63,794 bases of DNA from a virus (lineage: Duplodnaviria > Caudoviricetes), in the IMG/VR virus record IMGVR_UViG_3300037440_000749, positions 1 through 63,794 of that record; one strand, given 5' to 3'. Below are positions 1 to 9,483 of the stretch, in pieces (within the stretch, counting starts at the first letter, position 1; every line of letters starts with the position of its first letter). Both the position numbers and the translations under genes were made by a program. Under the pieces are notes generated by a model. The model saw only the letters and a list, made by a program, of their open reading frames with translations, had not been told where the DNA came from and searched no databases.

Positions 1-19
1 CCAAGGGCACAATTTCCGC

Positions 20-59
20 TTGACATGTGTATCTTACATGATACACTCAGTCACGTCAA
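20..59. promoter_or_regulatory. Overlapping divergent sigma70-type promoters with palindromic operator
   Basis: + strand TTGACA(20-25)-N16-TACACT(42-47) with TGn; - strand TTGACG(59-54)-N17-TAAGAT(36-31); palindrome GTGTATC-N6-GATACAC at 27-46. Same element at 58891-58930. Confidence 0.75.
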
Positions 60-144
60 GCATGAACGCTGTGCCCAATGCACACTTTCCCCTGTAAGTG
101 AGAGGCGCGAAGCGCGTCAACCCCTCTTCAAAGGAGAACACCTC

Positions 145-1362
145 ATGGCCCGTACCCTTCCCAGTAGTCCCAGAGAAATTGGCCGGATACGGTTGGGTGA
201 CCAGCAGCCGACCCGCACCGGCAAGATGGCCCCGCACAAGCTCGATCGCTTTCGCCTCACGAGTGATAGCCCGGCGGTCTTGCAGTCAGCCGCGAAAGCC
301 TATGGCGGCGACGTCGTGCCCTGGCCAGCGGATGACCGGCATCCCAGGGACGAATACCAGCTCTATACCACGGCTGATGCGATTCGGGTGACGATCCCGG
401 TGCATTATGCTCTGCACGTGAGCTACGAGCAGTGGAGTGCAGGCGGCTGCATTCAGCGCTGCGATGGCAGCCTGATCACGCACTGCCCCTTGACGCCAGA
501 GAAGATCGGTACGGATTGCGAGTGCGAGGACCAGCAGGACAACGCCTGTCCGCGCCTCGTGCGCTTCAACGTGCTGCTGACGGAGGTGAGTGGCCTGGGC
601 GTCTGGCGCCTGGAAAGCAAGGGGTACTATGCCACCGCGCAACTGGTCAACGATATGGAGAAGTTCCAGGCGTTTGGCTTGCGCGGCATGATGGTACCGG
701 CCTGGTTGCGGCTGGCGTCCCAGGAACGGCGGTTGCTGGTGAAAGGCGACATCCGAGACTGCCCGATCTGTGGCCGGAGCCAGGCAGCAAAGACCATGAG
801 TGGCCCGAAAAAGGACCGGCATACGGAGAAACGGCAGTTTTATGTGCCGACGTTGGAGTTTCTGATTACGCCCGACGATTTTATGCTGGCTGCTGCTGAA
901 CGCCGTCCGGAGTTGCTCTTGCCGCCCAGTCAACGCCCGCAGTTGGCCTTGCCTGCCCCGCCAGAGGACTTCAAGAGCCGGGTCGATCTGCTCTACGGGG
1001 ACGAGACGAACCCCACCGCGCATGCCCCCGCGTCCCCACAGTCAGCCAATAGCACGCTCACTGCCCCACCTGAAGACGAGCGCGACAAGCGCGCCCTGGT
1101 GAACCAGATCAACATGGAGCTGCGCCGTCGCCAACTCCTCCAGGCTGACTTCTGGCCGGATATTCTGGCGTCGTATGGCGCCACGACGAAGGGACAGCTA
1201 CCGCTGGCGGTGTTGCGGGAGACGCGAGATGAGTTGCAGGCGTTGGAGGCGGAGGCGGACGTAGATGCGCCTTTGCCCTTTGCCCTGGTGAAGGAGGAGA
1301 CGGAGGCGCTGCCCTTTGGGAGTGATCCCGAGGAAGCAGCGGCCCAGGGCAGCGAGGCGTAA
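145..1362 (+). CDS. Gp3-like (recombination directionality factor-like) phage protein
   Basis: AAGGAG RBS before ATG 145; N-terminal IGRIRLG...PHKLDRFR and Cys-rich RCDG...CEC...CP pattern recalled for this family; same length as the copy at 59015. Confidence 0.7.
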   Translation: MARTLPSSPREIGRIRLGDQQPTRTGKMAPHKLDRFRLTSDSPAVLQSAAKAYGGDVVPWPADDRHPRDEYQLYTTADAIRVTIPVHYALHVSYEQWSAGGCIQRCDGSLITHCPLTPEKIGTDCECEDQQDNACPRLVRFNVLLTEVSGLGVWRLESKGYYATAQLVNDMEKFQAFGLRGMMVPAWLRLASQERRLLVKGDIRDCPICGRSQAAKTMSGPKKDRHTEKRQFYVPTLEFLITPDDFMLAAAERRPELLLPPSQRPQLALPAPPEDFKSRVDLLYGDETNPTAHAPASPQSANSTLTAPPEDERDKRALVNQINMELRRRQLLQADFWPDILASYGATTKGQLPLAVLRETRDELQALEAEADVDAPLPFALVKEETEALPFGSDPEEAAAQGSEA

Positions 1363-1385
1363 CCCTATTTCCCCTTGAGGCGCGC

Positions 1386-2648
1386 GTGGATACATTCGAA
1401 GACATTCAACGCAGATTAGCCGACGTGAAAGGGGACTTGTCACCAGAGGAGGTGTTGCAATTCGTGCTGGAGTCGGAGCCTTCGGAGTGGTTTGAGCCTG
1501 GGGCGCTCATCGTCCTGGCGCACTTCCGCACTGATCGGCATTGGGGCAAGATCAAAACCTTCGCGAAGCAACGCGGCATCTTTCCCCCGGACTTAGAGAA
1601 GGCTGTAGACGCCTTCTCGCTCCAGAACGGCCAGCAGCACAAGTCCATCATCTGGCCAGACCTGACCCCCTGGGACATCATCAACGCGACGGAATATGCC
1701 CCGCCTGCATGGGTCATCCGAGGGCTGATTCCCGAAGGACTGACCTTCATTGGCGGGTTGCCCAAGGCGGCAAAATCCTACCTGGCGTATGACCTGGCTG
1801 TCGCAACGGCTGGATACGGGAAAGCGCTCGGGCACTTTGACGCAGTGCGTGGACGCGCCGCGTATCTGGCCATTGAGGACCAGGAAGGCGACTCAAAAGA
1901 GCGTATCTTGTCGATTCGCCCAGACATCCACAATGCTTCTGACCTTTTTTTCCTGCATGGCGAAAAAATCCCGACGATTAGCACTGGACTCTTGCAGTTT
2001 TTGGATGCGCTGGTGACGAAATATCGTTTAACGCTGGTTATTATTGACCCGCTGATGTACGTCTATGATCCCCCGTCGGCCCGAAATACCGACCTGGCCC
2101 GTGAAGCGAAAGACTTTCTGCTTCCCTTACGCCAGCTCGCACGGGAGAAACATTTCTCGCTCGTCTTTGTGGATCACCGACGCAAGCAGGGACATCCTGA
2201 CGAGGATATCTTCCAAACACTCTACGGCAGCGTTGGCAAGTTTGCTATTGCCGATGCCTTGATTATGGTGGTGCGGCAAGAAGACGAAGTGACGCTGAAG
2301 TGCCTGGGACGACGCATTAAAGACCAACTTTTACATTTCCTCTTTCAACATGAACCACAGACCAATACGTTTCGTTGGGAATTTCGCGGCGTTGGCGAAT
2401 CCCATACCTCCAATTCATTGCAGAAGAAGATCCTTCAAGCCTTTCGTGATGCGAGAGCGAGAGGCGTAAAGACGCTGACGGTGAATGATGTGATTGACTT
2501 CGGGGAAATGATTCAGAGCCAGCAGGTCCGCAACAGTGTGCGGCAAACCATGTTCAAGATGTACAAGCGCGGTCAACTCTTCCGGATAGACAACGGACGC
2601 TTTCTCTTGAGTGAGGAGGATGATGAGAAAGAGGCTCTCCCATTTTGA
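1386..2648 (+). CDS. RecA-fold AAA_25/RepA-like replicative helicase
   Basis: Walker A-like GLPKAAKS, Walker B LVIIDP, VDHRRK and LYGS motifs; likely C-terminal winged helix; followed by iterons. Confidence 0.85.
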   Translation: MDTFEDIQRRLADVKGDLSPEEVLQFVLESEPSEWFEPGALIVLAHFRTDRHWGKIKTFAKQRGIFPPDLEKAVDAFSLQNGQQHKSIIWPDLTPWDIINATEYAPPAWVIRGLIPEGLTFIGGLPKAAKSYLAYDLAVATAGYGKALGHFDAVRGRAAYLAIEDQEGDSKERILSIRPDIHNASDLFFLHGEKIPTISTGLLQFLDALVTKYRLTLVIIDPLMYVYDPPSARNTDLAREAKDFLLPLRQLAREKHFSLVFVDHRRKQGHPDEDIFQTLYGSVGKFAIADALIMVVRQEDEVTLKCLGRRIKDQLLHFLFQHEPQTNTFRWEFRGVGESHTSNSLQKKILQAFRDARARGVKTLTVNDVIDFGEMIQSQQVRNSVRQTMFKMYKRGQLFRIDNGRFLLSEEDDEKEALPF

Positions 2649-2650
2649 TC

Positions 2651-2905
2651 GTTAACAGCCGTTTACACCCGTTAGCAGGCATAGCAACCATTAACAGGCG
2701 TTACCGCTCGTTGACACCCGTTTCAATCATTAACACACCCCGGATTTTAGGGTGTAAACACCTGCCCCGTTTACACCCCCCGTTTACAGGTCTATGTGAT
2801 TGAATTTATGGTTAAAACAGTCAAAGTGTAAACGTGTAACCATATATAAAGGGGGGGGGTGTGGATAACTTTTCGTTTACACCCGTTTACACCCGTTAGC
2901 AGTCA
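2651..2905. repeat. Putative replication origin 1: 10-bp iterons, AT-rich tract, DnaA box
   Basis: GTTTACACCC at 2661, 2769, 2875 and 2885, inverted at 2750-2759, plus degenerate 10-bp-period variants; TGTGGATAA at 2860-2868. Confidence 0.8.
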
Positions 2906-2953
2906 TTAGCATTTATTGGCAAAAAAGTGACAAACTGTCAGAAAGGTGACAAC

Positions 2954-3343
2954 ATGTCAGATAGATTTCTCAACATACAACCCATGACCGCAACGGAGCT
3001 GCTGGCTCTACAATTTTGCCTGGTCCCCTGGTGCGAGCAACGCAAAGACGAGACACACCCGCATTTCTGCACGTATCACGCCGAGCAAGAACGCCTCCAT
3101 CAACAAGAAATATCTTCCATCGAAGACCCTACAGAACCCTTTGCACTCAGCGTGCGCTTCCAAGTGCTCAAACGCGATCTGTATCGCTGTCAACTATGTG
3201 GGGTTGCCGCTCAGGACGGGCCACATGTCCGGCTTGAAGTCGATCACATTATCCCGAGAAGTAAAGGGGGAAGTGATGACATTGAGAATAAGCACACCCT
3301 CTGCTTTGCCTGCAATCGCGGCAAAGGGACGAGGGAGTTATAA
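2954..3343 (+). CDS. HNH endonuclease
   Basis: RDLYRCQLCG...LEVDHIIPRSKGG...NKHTLCFACN. Confidence 0.92.
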   Translation: MSDRFLNIQPMTATELLALQFCLVPWCEQRKDETHPHFCTYHAEQERLHQQEISSIEDPTEPFALSVRFQVLKRDLYRCQLCGVAAQDGPHVRLEVDHIIPRSKGGSDDIENKHTLCFACNRGKGTREL

Positions 3344-3346
3344 ATC

Positions 3347-3691
3347 ATGACCCCTACCCCCACGCCGCTGGCTAAGGCCACCGCGCACCTTGAAGCCCTG
3401 GGCTTTGCCGTCGAGGTGGTGCCTTCCCCTGAGCACCAGGCGCCCGTCACCCTCACCCCCGCCCTCCACCTGAAACAGTACCTCGCCGCCTACGTCCACA
3501 CCCATGCCCCCGACAGCGGCACGGCCATTGCCTGCGACCCGGCCTACCAGCGGCTCCTACGCCAGTTCGACGCCGCCTGCCTGGCGGGCGATCCTGTGGC
3601 CATCAAAACCACCGGCAATGCCGTGGCAACGCTGGTGAAGAAGGCCGTGACGAGTGGAGAGCGAAGAAGGGGAGAGACCGATGAGTTTTGA
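3347..3691 (+). CDS. Hypothetical protein
   Basis: ORF conserved in the second copy (62565-62915). Confidence 0.75.
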   Translation: MTPTPTPLAKATAHLEALGFAVEVVPSPEHQAPVTLTPALHLKQYLAAYVHTHAPDSGTAIACDPAYQRLLRQFDAACLAGDPVAIKTTGNAVATLVKKAVTSGERRRGETDEF

Positions 3692-3947
3692 CTGCGAACA
3701 GAGGATCTATCGCCAATGGGACCAGGAGGTCCATAAGGCCCGCGCTGCGGCAAAGGCTGCCAGGGAGGCATTGCGCCTGAGCAAGGAGGCCCCTCTAGAA
3801 CCGACAACCTATATCAATGTGCCGCACCTCAAAGGCACGATCCTCCGCCTGACGGAGGCGGAATACCGGCGCGCCTTACACCGTGGCAAACTTTGGCAAC
3901 GCGGCGAGCGCACCGCCGCGAGAAACCCAGTGGAGCGTGACGAGTGA
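3681..3947 (+). CDS. Hypothetical protein
   Basis: GGAG RBS; conserved in the second copy (62905-63180). Confidence 0.75.
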   Translation: MSFDCEQRIYRQWDQEVHKARAAAKAAREALRLSKEAPLEPTTYINVPHLKGTILRLTEAEYRRALHRGKLWQRGERTAARNPVERDE

Positions 3948-3978
3948 CGCCACCCCCGACACGCTGAAAGGAGCCCCC

Positions 3979-4167
3979 ATGCACCGACACCTCAATGATG
4001 GCCTGGCGCCAGACCGGATGCTCCCAGGGCACACGGTTCTCGATCCCTTTCAACCCGTCCACGAGCGTGAACGCACCGTCCAGCTCATGGCCCAGGCGAT
4101 TCGGGTCATGCACGCGGTCATCTGGGAAGCCTATCTGGCGGCGTATAAGCAACGGCTTAAGGAGTAA
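3979..4167 (+). CDS. Hypothetical protein
   Basis: AAGGAG RBS; conserved in the second copy (63586-63777). Confidence 0.75.
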   Translation: MHRHLNDGLAPDRMLPGHTVLDPFQPVHERERTVQLMAQAIRVMHAVIWEAYLAAYKQRLKE

Positions 4168-4170
4168 CCC

Positions 4171-4554
4171 ATGGCCTACTACCTGACCCACAAAGCCCCC
4201 TGCCCCACCTGCCACGGCGAGCCCCGCCCGCAGTGGTACTGCCTGCACTGCGAGGGCAGTGGGACGCTGACCACCGAAGTTCCGTTGAGCGAGGCGCTCC
4301 AGACGCTAGTAGAGAGCTTGGAGACGCGCCTGGAGAAACTGGAATGGCGCGCCGATATCCGCACGCTGAGCCTGGAGCACGTTGAGCAGCGCCTGCGGGC
4401 CCTCGAACACGCGCACGACATCCCCGTGCCAGAAGCCCGGGACGATTCTATGAGCACAGGACCAGGCCAGGATGTGCCAAATAACGCACCAGGGATAGCC
4501 TGCATTCCATTTACCTGGCTGGACGCGCACAAGGAGACGCCGAACACGCCCTGA
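4171..4554 (+). CDS. Small zinc-finger (CxxCxGxG-like) coiled-coil protein
   Basis: CPTCHG and CLHCEGSG motifs; AAGGAG RBS. Confidence 0.7.
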   Translation: MAYYLTHKAPCPTCHGEPRPQWYCLHCEGSGTLTTEVPLSEALQTLVESLETRLEKLEWRADIRTLSLEHVEQRLRALEHAHDIPVPEARDDSMSTGPGQDVPNNAPGIACIPFTWLDAHKETPNTP

Positions 4555-4604
4555 GGCCGCTGAGGGGTCTTATATGAGAATTCTTGCGAGATAAGGAGCC
4601 GCCC

Positions 4605-4991
4605 ATGTCGGATGTGATTGCTACCCTGCTAGCCGCCGGTTGGCGCTGGGAAATCCTGGATAGCGCTGAGCGACCTTGCCTGACGAATGCGCCGCCTGGC
4701 CAGACGTTCTGCATCGCCTGCGGTACCTGGCAAGCTAGCGCGACGTTTAACGCCCTGGCGTGTCGGAGATGCGCACTCATCCAGCGTCAACGCAGTGTCC
4801 AGAAGAAACCGGAGTTTTATCACGGCTATTCCCGTGGCTATAATCGTGCCTATTACTTGCGCAGGCGTGAAAAGCGTCTGGTCTATGCCAAGCAGTATTA
4901 TTCCCGCCACCGCGAGCGCCTCAATGCGCAACGGCGGGAGAGGTATGCCGCCCGGCGCCGTACCCTCCAACAGGAGCATGCTCCTGACTGA
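4605..4991 (+). CDS. Hypothetical zinc-binding basic protein
   Basis: CIAC...CRRC, Arg/Tyr-rich tail; AAGGAG RBS. Confidence 0.65.
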   Translation: MSDVIATLLAAGWRWEILDSAERPCLTNAPPGQTFCIACGTWQASATFNALACRRCALIQRQRSVQKKPEFYHGYSRGYNRAYYLRRREKRLVYAKQYYSRHRERLNAQRRERYAARRRTLQQEHAPD

Positions 4992-5158
4992 GATCCTTCC
5001 CTCCGGTGAGCAGCTACGGGTGTCGCCTCTCGATAGCCACGATACGCGGCAAGCAGTGCAAGCGGGGCTTGCGAAGACCCGGAGGGAAGGAAACAGTGAC
5101 GAGTGCATAGTCAAAAGAAGTGCATAGTGGGGGAAGACCCCCCCCTAGGAGAACTGAC

Positions 5159-5377
5159 ATGGACAGAGACCTCTATCTGATTCGTCTTAGAGCCCTTGAA
5201 ACCGAGTTATCGCACTATGCGTACGGCCGTGAGGATGCGCGCGGCGAGCGCTATCCCGCCTGGGAAGCCCTCGCCCGGGCCCAGGCGGCTCTTGAGGATG
5301 CCATCGCAGAGGTGGAGGATCTGGAGGATGCCTTGAAGCCGCACCCTCAAGACGAAAGTGAGGCAGCCCATGCCTAA
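5159..5377 (+). CDS. Hypothetical protein
   Basis: AGGAG RBS, tight operon packing. Confidence 0.65.
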   Translation: MDRDLYLIRLRALETELSHYAYGREDARGERYPAWEALARAQAALEDAIAEVEDLEDALKPHPQDESEAAHA

Positions 5378-5798
5378 CCCCGCCCCCCTACGCCGTCGAT
5401 TCCGGATTGCCGATGTTGAGCTGAAGAGCTTTTCAACAGACTTCACCTTATGCGTTCTTGATGACCCCAATCCCGCAATATTGATGTCGCCTGCGGGGAT
5501 GCTGCATCATCTGGGGGTGCTGGTTGGCCGAGAGTTTGCAGCCTCAAAGGGCCTCGAATTTACCGTGGAAATTACTGATTCTGCCCCAGTGCAGGGGCCC
5601 GCTCCCGTGAGGCTCCTTGACAAACTCCACGCCCTCGACGTCTGGAGTGAGGGAGACTGCGGCTGCGACCAGCTTTCGTGCGTTACGTGCGTGGCCTGGC
5701 AAGGGTATGTGTGGGCCGCCGAGATCATTCAGGAGACCTACAGACGCTGTCTCGCGCTTGGGGCGAAAACTCAGGAGCCTCCCCATGCAGCCCAGTGA
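5370..5798 (+). CDS. Hypothetical protein
   Basis: GAGG RBS, overlaps neighbours, CGC...CVTC cluster. Confidence 0.65.
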   Translation: MPNPAPLRRRFRIADVELKSFSTDFTLCVLDDPNPAILMSPAGMLHHLGVLVGREFAASKGLEFTVEITDSAPVQGPAPVRLLDKLHALDVWSEGDCGCDQLSCVTCVAWQGYVWAAEIIQETYRRCLALGAKTQEPPHAAQ

Positions 5799-6045
5799 CC
5801 ACACCGGTGTCCTCCGCCCCTGTCCGTCCTGTGCCATCCCCGTGCTGCATGCGCAAACAGGCCAGGGCATTGATGAACGCTGGTTCACCCTGGACAAACA
5901 GTCCGGCAATGGTGGCCAGCGCTGGGTGAGCCGGGGTACCAGTCGGCAGAAGAATAGTGACGATTGGCGGCTTGAGGTGGTGCAAAGTGCCGGGGACGGG
6001 TACCGGATGCACCAGTGTAAAAACCCAGTGAATAGTGGAGAGTGA
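5785..6045 (+). CDS. Hypothetical protein
   Basis: AGGAG RBS; CPSC...HQC zinc-like motif. Confidence 0.6.
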   Translation: MQPSDHTGVLRPCPSCAIPVLHAQTGQGIDERWFTLDKQSGNGGQRWVSRGTSRQKNSDDWRLEVVQSAGDGYRMHQCKNPVNSGE

Positions 6046-6107
6046 AGAAGTGGAGAGCAGGGAGAACACGATGATTGACACTCTTGGCGACGTGAAAGGC
6101 AATCCCC

Positions 6108-7355
6108 ATGACACCGTACTACCAGGATGCGTCTGTGACCCTCTACCATGGGGATATGCGCGAGATTGTGCCGCAGCTCAGTGGCCTGACGGCGGTTGTG
6201 ACCGATCCGCCATATGGCCTCGAATTTATGGGTGCAGAGTGGGATCACGGGGTACCGGGTGAGGTGTTCTGGAGACAGATCCTCACCGCCTGCTTGCCTG
6301 GCGCGCCCCTACTGGCCTTTGGAGGCACGCGCACCTTTCACCGGCTGGTGTGTGCCATTGAAGACGCTGGGTGGGAGATCAGGGATACGCTCATGTGGGT
6401 GTACAGTGCGGGGTATCCAAAAAGTACATCGGTGAGTAAACAACTCGACAAAGCTCAAGGCTTGGAGCGGGAGATTGTCGCCACGGTCAAAAAAACACCA
6501 AGCGCATCAAGTACGAATATGCACGAGGGATGGCGGCGACCATGGGCAGAAGGGCACCCTAAGACGATGGATATCACCGCTCCTGCCTCACCCCTGGCCC
6601 GTCTCTGGGAAGGTTACGGCTCCGCGCTAGCTCCTGCATACGAACCCATCACCCTGGCCAGGAAGCCTCTCGATGGCACGCTGGCGCAGAACGTCATGCA
6701 GCATGGGGTCGGGGGGTTGAACATTGACGGAACGCGCATTGCGACAGCGGATGATACGACAACACGACACAACTCCTCCTCCTCCTCCTACCATACTCGC
6801 CTGATTGGGCACCGGCAACCCCGGCAAGAGCCTTACGTGACTGGCTCAACTCAGGGCCGGTGGCCGAAAAACTTCTTGATCTCCGACAGCCCTGAGGTAC
6901 GGGCGTTGTTTCCGGAAACAACCGTAGGAGAGTTTAGTGGCCACCGCAATCTCCCCAAGACCAAGAATGCGTTTGGCACTTTTGCCCTGCAGGATGAAAA
7001 ATCACATCCAGGAAGCTCCGGCTCTGCCGCCCGCTTCTTCCAGACCTGCGCCTACACCGACGCCGAGCGCGAGCAACTTGCCCGGCTTCACTACGCCGGG
7101 AAAGCCTCCCCGGCTGAACGGGGCCGCTTCAACGATCACCCTACGGTGAAACCCTTGGCCCTCATGACCTACCTGCTGAAGCTCGTGAGACAACCTGAAC
7201 GCAACCTGATACTTGATCCCTTCTGCGGGTCTGGCAGTACGCTGGTTGCCGCCAAAGAACTGCGTTTGCCATGTATCGGCATTGACCAGAACGAACACGC
7301 TCTTGACATTGCGATACGCCGCCTTCGGCAAGAAGTCCTACCCTTCGTGACCTGA
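6108..7355 (+). CDS. DNA amino-methyltransferase (N6A/N4C, beta class), orphan
   Basis: TDPPY catalytic motif near the N-terminus; HPTVKP and DPFCGSGST SAM-binding motif near the C-terminus. Confidence 0.95.
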   Translation: MTPYYQDASVTLYHGDMREIVPQLSGLTAVVTDPPYGLEFMGAEWDHGVPGEVFWRQILTACLPGAPLLAFGGTRTFHRLVCAIEDAGWEIRDTLMWVYSAGYPKSTSVSKQLDKAQGLEREIVATVKKTPSASSTNMHEGWRRPWAEGHPKTMDITAPASPLARLWEGYGSALAPAYEPITLARKPLDGTLAQNVMQHGVGGLNIDGTRIATADDTTTRHNSSSSSYHTRLIGHRQPRQEPYVTGSTQGRWPKNFLISDSPEVRALFPETTVGEFSGHRNLPKTKNAFGTFALQDEKSHPGSSGSAARFFQTCAYTDAEREQLARLHYAGKASPAERGRFNDHPTVKPLALMTYLLKLVRQPERNLILDPFCGSGSTLVAAKELRLPCIGIDQNEHALDIAIRRLRQEVLPFVT

Positions 7356-7367
7356 AAGGGACCCCCC

Positions 7368-7811
7368 ATGAATCATACTGTCCTGTGCGAAGCCCTCGCC
7401 ATCCGGCTTTTTCGCTGGGCATTTTCGCCAGAGTGGGCCGCTCTTCTCCCGCCGGGATGGCCCGCGAAAGCCGACAATCTCAACCGCATCGAAGAAGAGG
7501 TGGTGATCGTGGCATTACGGGAGGGCCTCGATCTCGATTGGAATCTGTGCCCCTACGTCCCGGACTACGCGGGCGATCCCATGGCCACCGGCCGGGTCTG
7601 GGCCTGGTTGGAAGCCCAGACGACGTTGCAGGACGTGACCTTTCATTATTGCCCGCAACGCCGGGCCTTGCGCCAGCACGGGAACGTCTGTTGTACGATC
7701 CGGCTGCTGGGAGAGCCCGCCTGTGCCGCCCTGGGGGAGAGCGCCCCGGAAGCGTTCTGCCGCGCGGTGCTGATGGTAGCGGATGTTCTCAAGCCCCAGG
7801 AGGCCCTATGA
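7368..7811 (+). CDS. Hypothetical phage protein (possibly ABA-sandwich-like)
   Basis: VPDY...W...ESAPEAFCRA pattern; operon packing. Confidence 0.55.
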   Translation: MNHTVLCEALAIRLFRWAFSPEWAALLPPGWPAKADNLNRIEEEVVIVALREGLDLDWNLCPYVPDYAGDPMATGRVWAWLEAQTTLQDVTFHYCPQRRALRQHGNVCCTIRLLGEPACAALGESAPEAFCRAVLMVADVLKPQEAL

Positions 7812-8077
7812 CCTCAGTGCCCGTGATCCTGACGCATCATGTCCGGCTCGGCTACCGTGTCGGCTGGATTCTCGACACGGACGCCCGGACCGGCTGGGCC
7901 GTGGTGCAACTGGCCCGCATTGGCCGAGAACGGCGCCGGAAGCAACTGTGCCTCCCTTACCATTGGCTGAAGCCCTGGACCCCAGAGAACGAAGCGATCT
8001 TGCAGGCCGCTGGCGCCTGGCAACCGCCGAAGGATACGCATCCTGAAAAGGAGAAAACCCCATGCATGACTCCCTGA
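7808..8077 (+). CDS. Hypothetical protein
   Basis: AGGAGG RBS and ATGA overlap. Confidence 0.65.
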   Translation: MTSVPVILTHHVRLGYRVGWILDTDARTGWAVVQLARIGRERRRKQLCLPYHWLKPWTPENEAILQAAGAWQPPKDTHPEKEKTPCMTP

Positions 8078-8394
8078 CCGACACCGAACGACGGCGGCTC
8101 CTGCGGGACTGCCGCTATGTGGGCGCAAGCCGGAAGTGCCTGGGCGATCCCTGACCTGGCATCTGCCTCGCCAGGTGGCGACAGGAGGACCAGTTTGCCA
8201 TGTATGCTTTACTCGAACGGTATCTTGAAGAAGAGGAATTGCTTGAACAGAGCCAGGAAGCTGAAGGGCTGTCCTGGCTTTATCGGCTGTGCGAAAGCAA
8301 GGCGGATCGCGCGGAATTGCGGGCCCGGGGGATTACGCCGGAGACGCGGGTGCATCATGTGTCAGAGTTGCCACAAGGAGCCACGCCATGCTGA
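8062..8394 (+). CDS. Candidate selenoprotein A (in-frame TGA 8152-8154)
   Basis: AAGGAG RBS; frame continues past the TGA into ORF 8200-8394: ...KCLGDP-U-PGIC...; hairpin TCGCC-AGGT-GGCGA at 8168-8181. Confidence 0.5.
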
Positions 8395-8744
8395 CTCCAC
8401 ACGAAGAACGCGCCATCCTCGAAAACGCTAGCGACTACAAGCGCAACCGTATTGGCTACGTCGATGCGCGTGGCCAGCGGCATCTGTGACCCTGGGCCTG
8501 CGGGCTGGAAGCTCGCTTTCCCGGACGCGTCAGGTTCTCGCCGTGGTCACCAGCCGCAGGGCGCCTGAGCATCGATAAAAACCACATTCCTGAGAGTGCC
8601 CTGGACGCCTATACGACAGATTTCCTCGATTGGCTACAGATCCCGCCCGGCCTGACCCTTCTCCATCGCATGCAGCACTATCTCAGCCTGCTTGAGGCCG
8701 AAGGCCCGCGCATCTTTGAGCGAGTACGGGAGACCACCCCATGA
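8388..8744 (+). CDS. Candidate selenoprotein B (in-frame TGA 8487-8489)
   Basis: AAGGAG RBS; frame stays open for 84 codons after the TGA and ends in an ATGA overlap with the next gene: ...RHL-U-PWAC...; hairpin GCGGGC-TGGAA-GCTCGC at 8500-8516. Confidence 0.6.
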
Positions 8745-9088
8745 CTATCCACTTCCCCATGAGTGACTACCCCCACATCAAGGAGGAATGCGCCATGCCG
8801 CATGCGTGCCCGAACAGTCCTGAGCGCGAATACCCCTGCAATGCCTGGTGTCAGCCAGGCGACGGGCTCCATGTCGATCTGGCCTATGCCGAGGCGGCGA
8901 AAAGCATGGGGGAGTTGCAGGCGGCGCATGACCAGAAATACGCCTGTAGGCACTGCCGCATCCTCGCCTGTGTGCTCGCGCATGAAGCCCCGACGGTCCA
9001 TGTCCGCTTTCCCGACCAGCCCGCCTCGCGCCCGCTGCCTGTTGCCTATCGCATCACCTATCACGTGAGCAGGGAGGCCAGGCTATGA
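8741..9088 (+). CDS. Cys/His-rich hypothetical protein
   Basis: ATGA overlaps at both ends; multiple Cys. Confidence 0.65.
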   Translation: MTIHFPMSDYPHIKEECAMPHACPNSPEREYPCNAWCQPGDGLHVDLAYAEAAKSMGELQAAHDQKYACRHCRILACVLAHEAPTVHVRFPDQPASRPLPVAYRITYHVSREARL

Positions 9089-9471
9089 CCATCCACCTGC
9101 CCATTGCCCCGGTCGGCTATCTGCGCCGGACCCACCAGGGACGCTTCAGCCCAGCCGCCAAAGCCTATCACCAGTATCTCGAACAGGTGCGTCTCTTGTG
9201 GCTGGTGCAGGCCCCAGGACTGGTACTCCCTGACCTGGTGGGTGAGATACGATTTCTGCTGGCTATGCCGCCAAGCTGGAGCAAGAAGCAGCAAGCCGCC
9301 ATGGCCCTTCAGCCGCACCAGGGCCGTCTTGATGTGGATAACATGCTTAAAATGCTGTTCGATGCGCTCCGCCCCGGCGATGATGCACGAATCTGGCGGT
9401 GTGGCCCGGTCGAAAAGCGCTGGGATCACATCGGCGGGAGCGGGAGTATTACGATTACCATTTGCCCCTGA
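9085..9471 (+). CDS. rusA: RusA-family Holliday junction resolvase
   Basis: MPPSWSKK...DVDNMLKMLFDAL...DDARI...KRW signature. Confidence 0.85.
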   Translation: MTIHLPIAPVGYLRRTHQGRFSPAAKAYHQYLEQVRLLWLVQAPGLVLPDLVGEIRFLLAMPPSWSKKQQAAMALQPHQGRLDVDNMLKMLFDALRPGDDARIWRCGPVEKRWDHIGGSGSITITICP

Positions 9472-9483
9472 AAGGAGGTTCCC

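Larger units (their letters stand above)
1..4167. repeat. Left copy of diverged duplicated region (homologous to 58872-63777)
   Basis: 1-116 identical to 58872-58987. Homology covers 1-1362, ~3357-3945 and ~3968-4155; the intervening segments are unrelated between copies. Confidence 0.95.

Noticed and set aside
25-144. N-terminal extension of the first ORF
   Set aside because: It overlaps the promoter/operator, the RBS precedes ATG 145, and the frame is broken in the second copy.
145-1362. Evidence for serine-integrase lysogeny from the RDF-like gene
   Set aside because: No integrase recognised; the gene's position points to a replication/recombination role.
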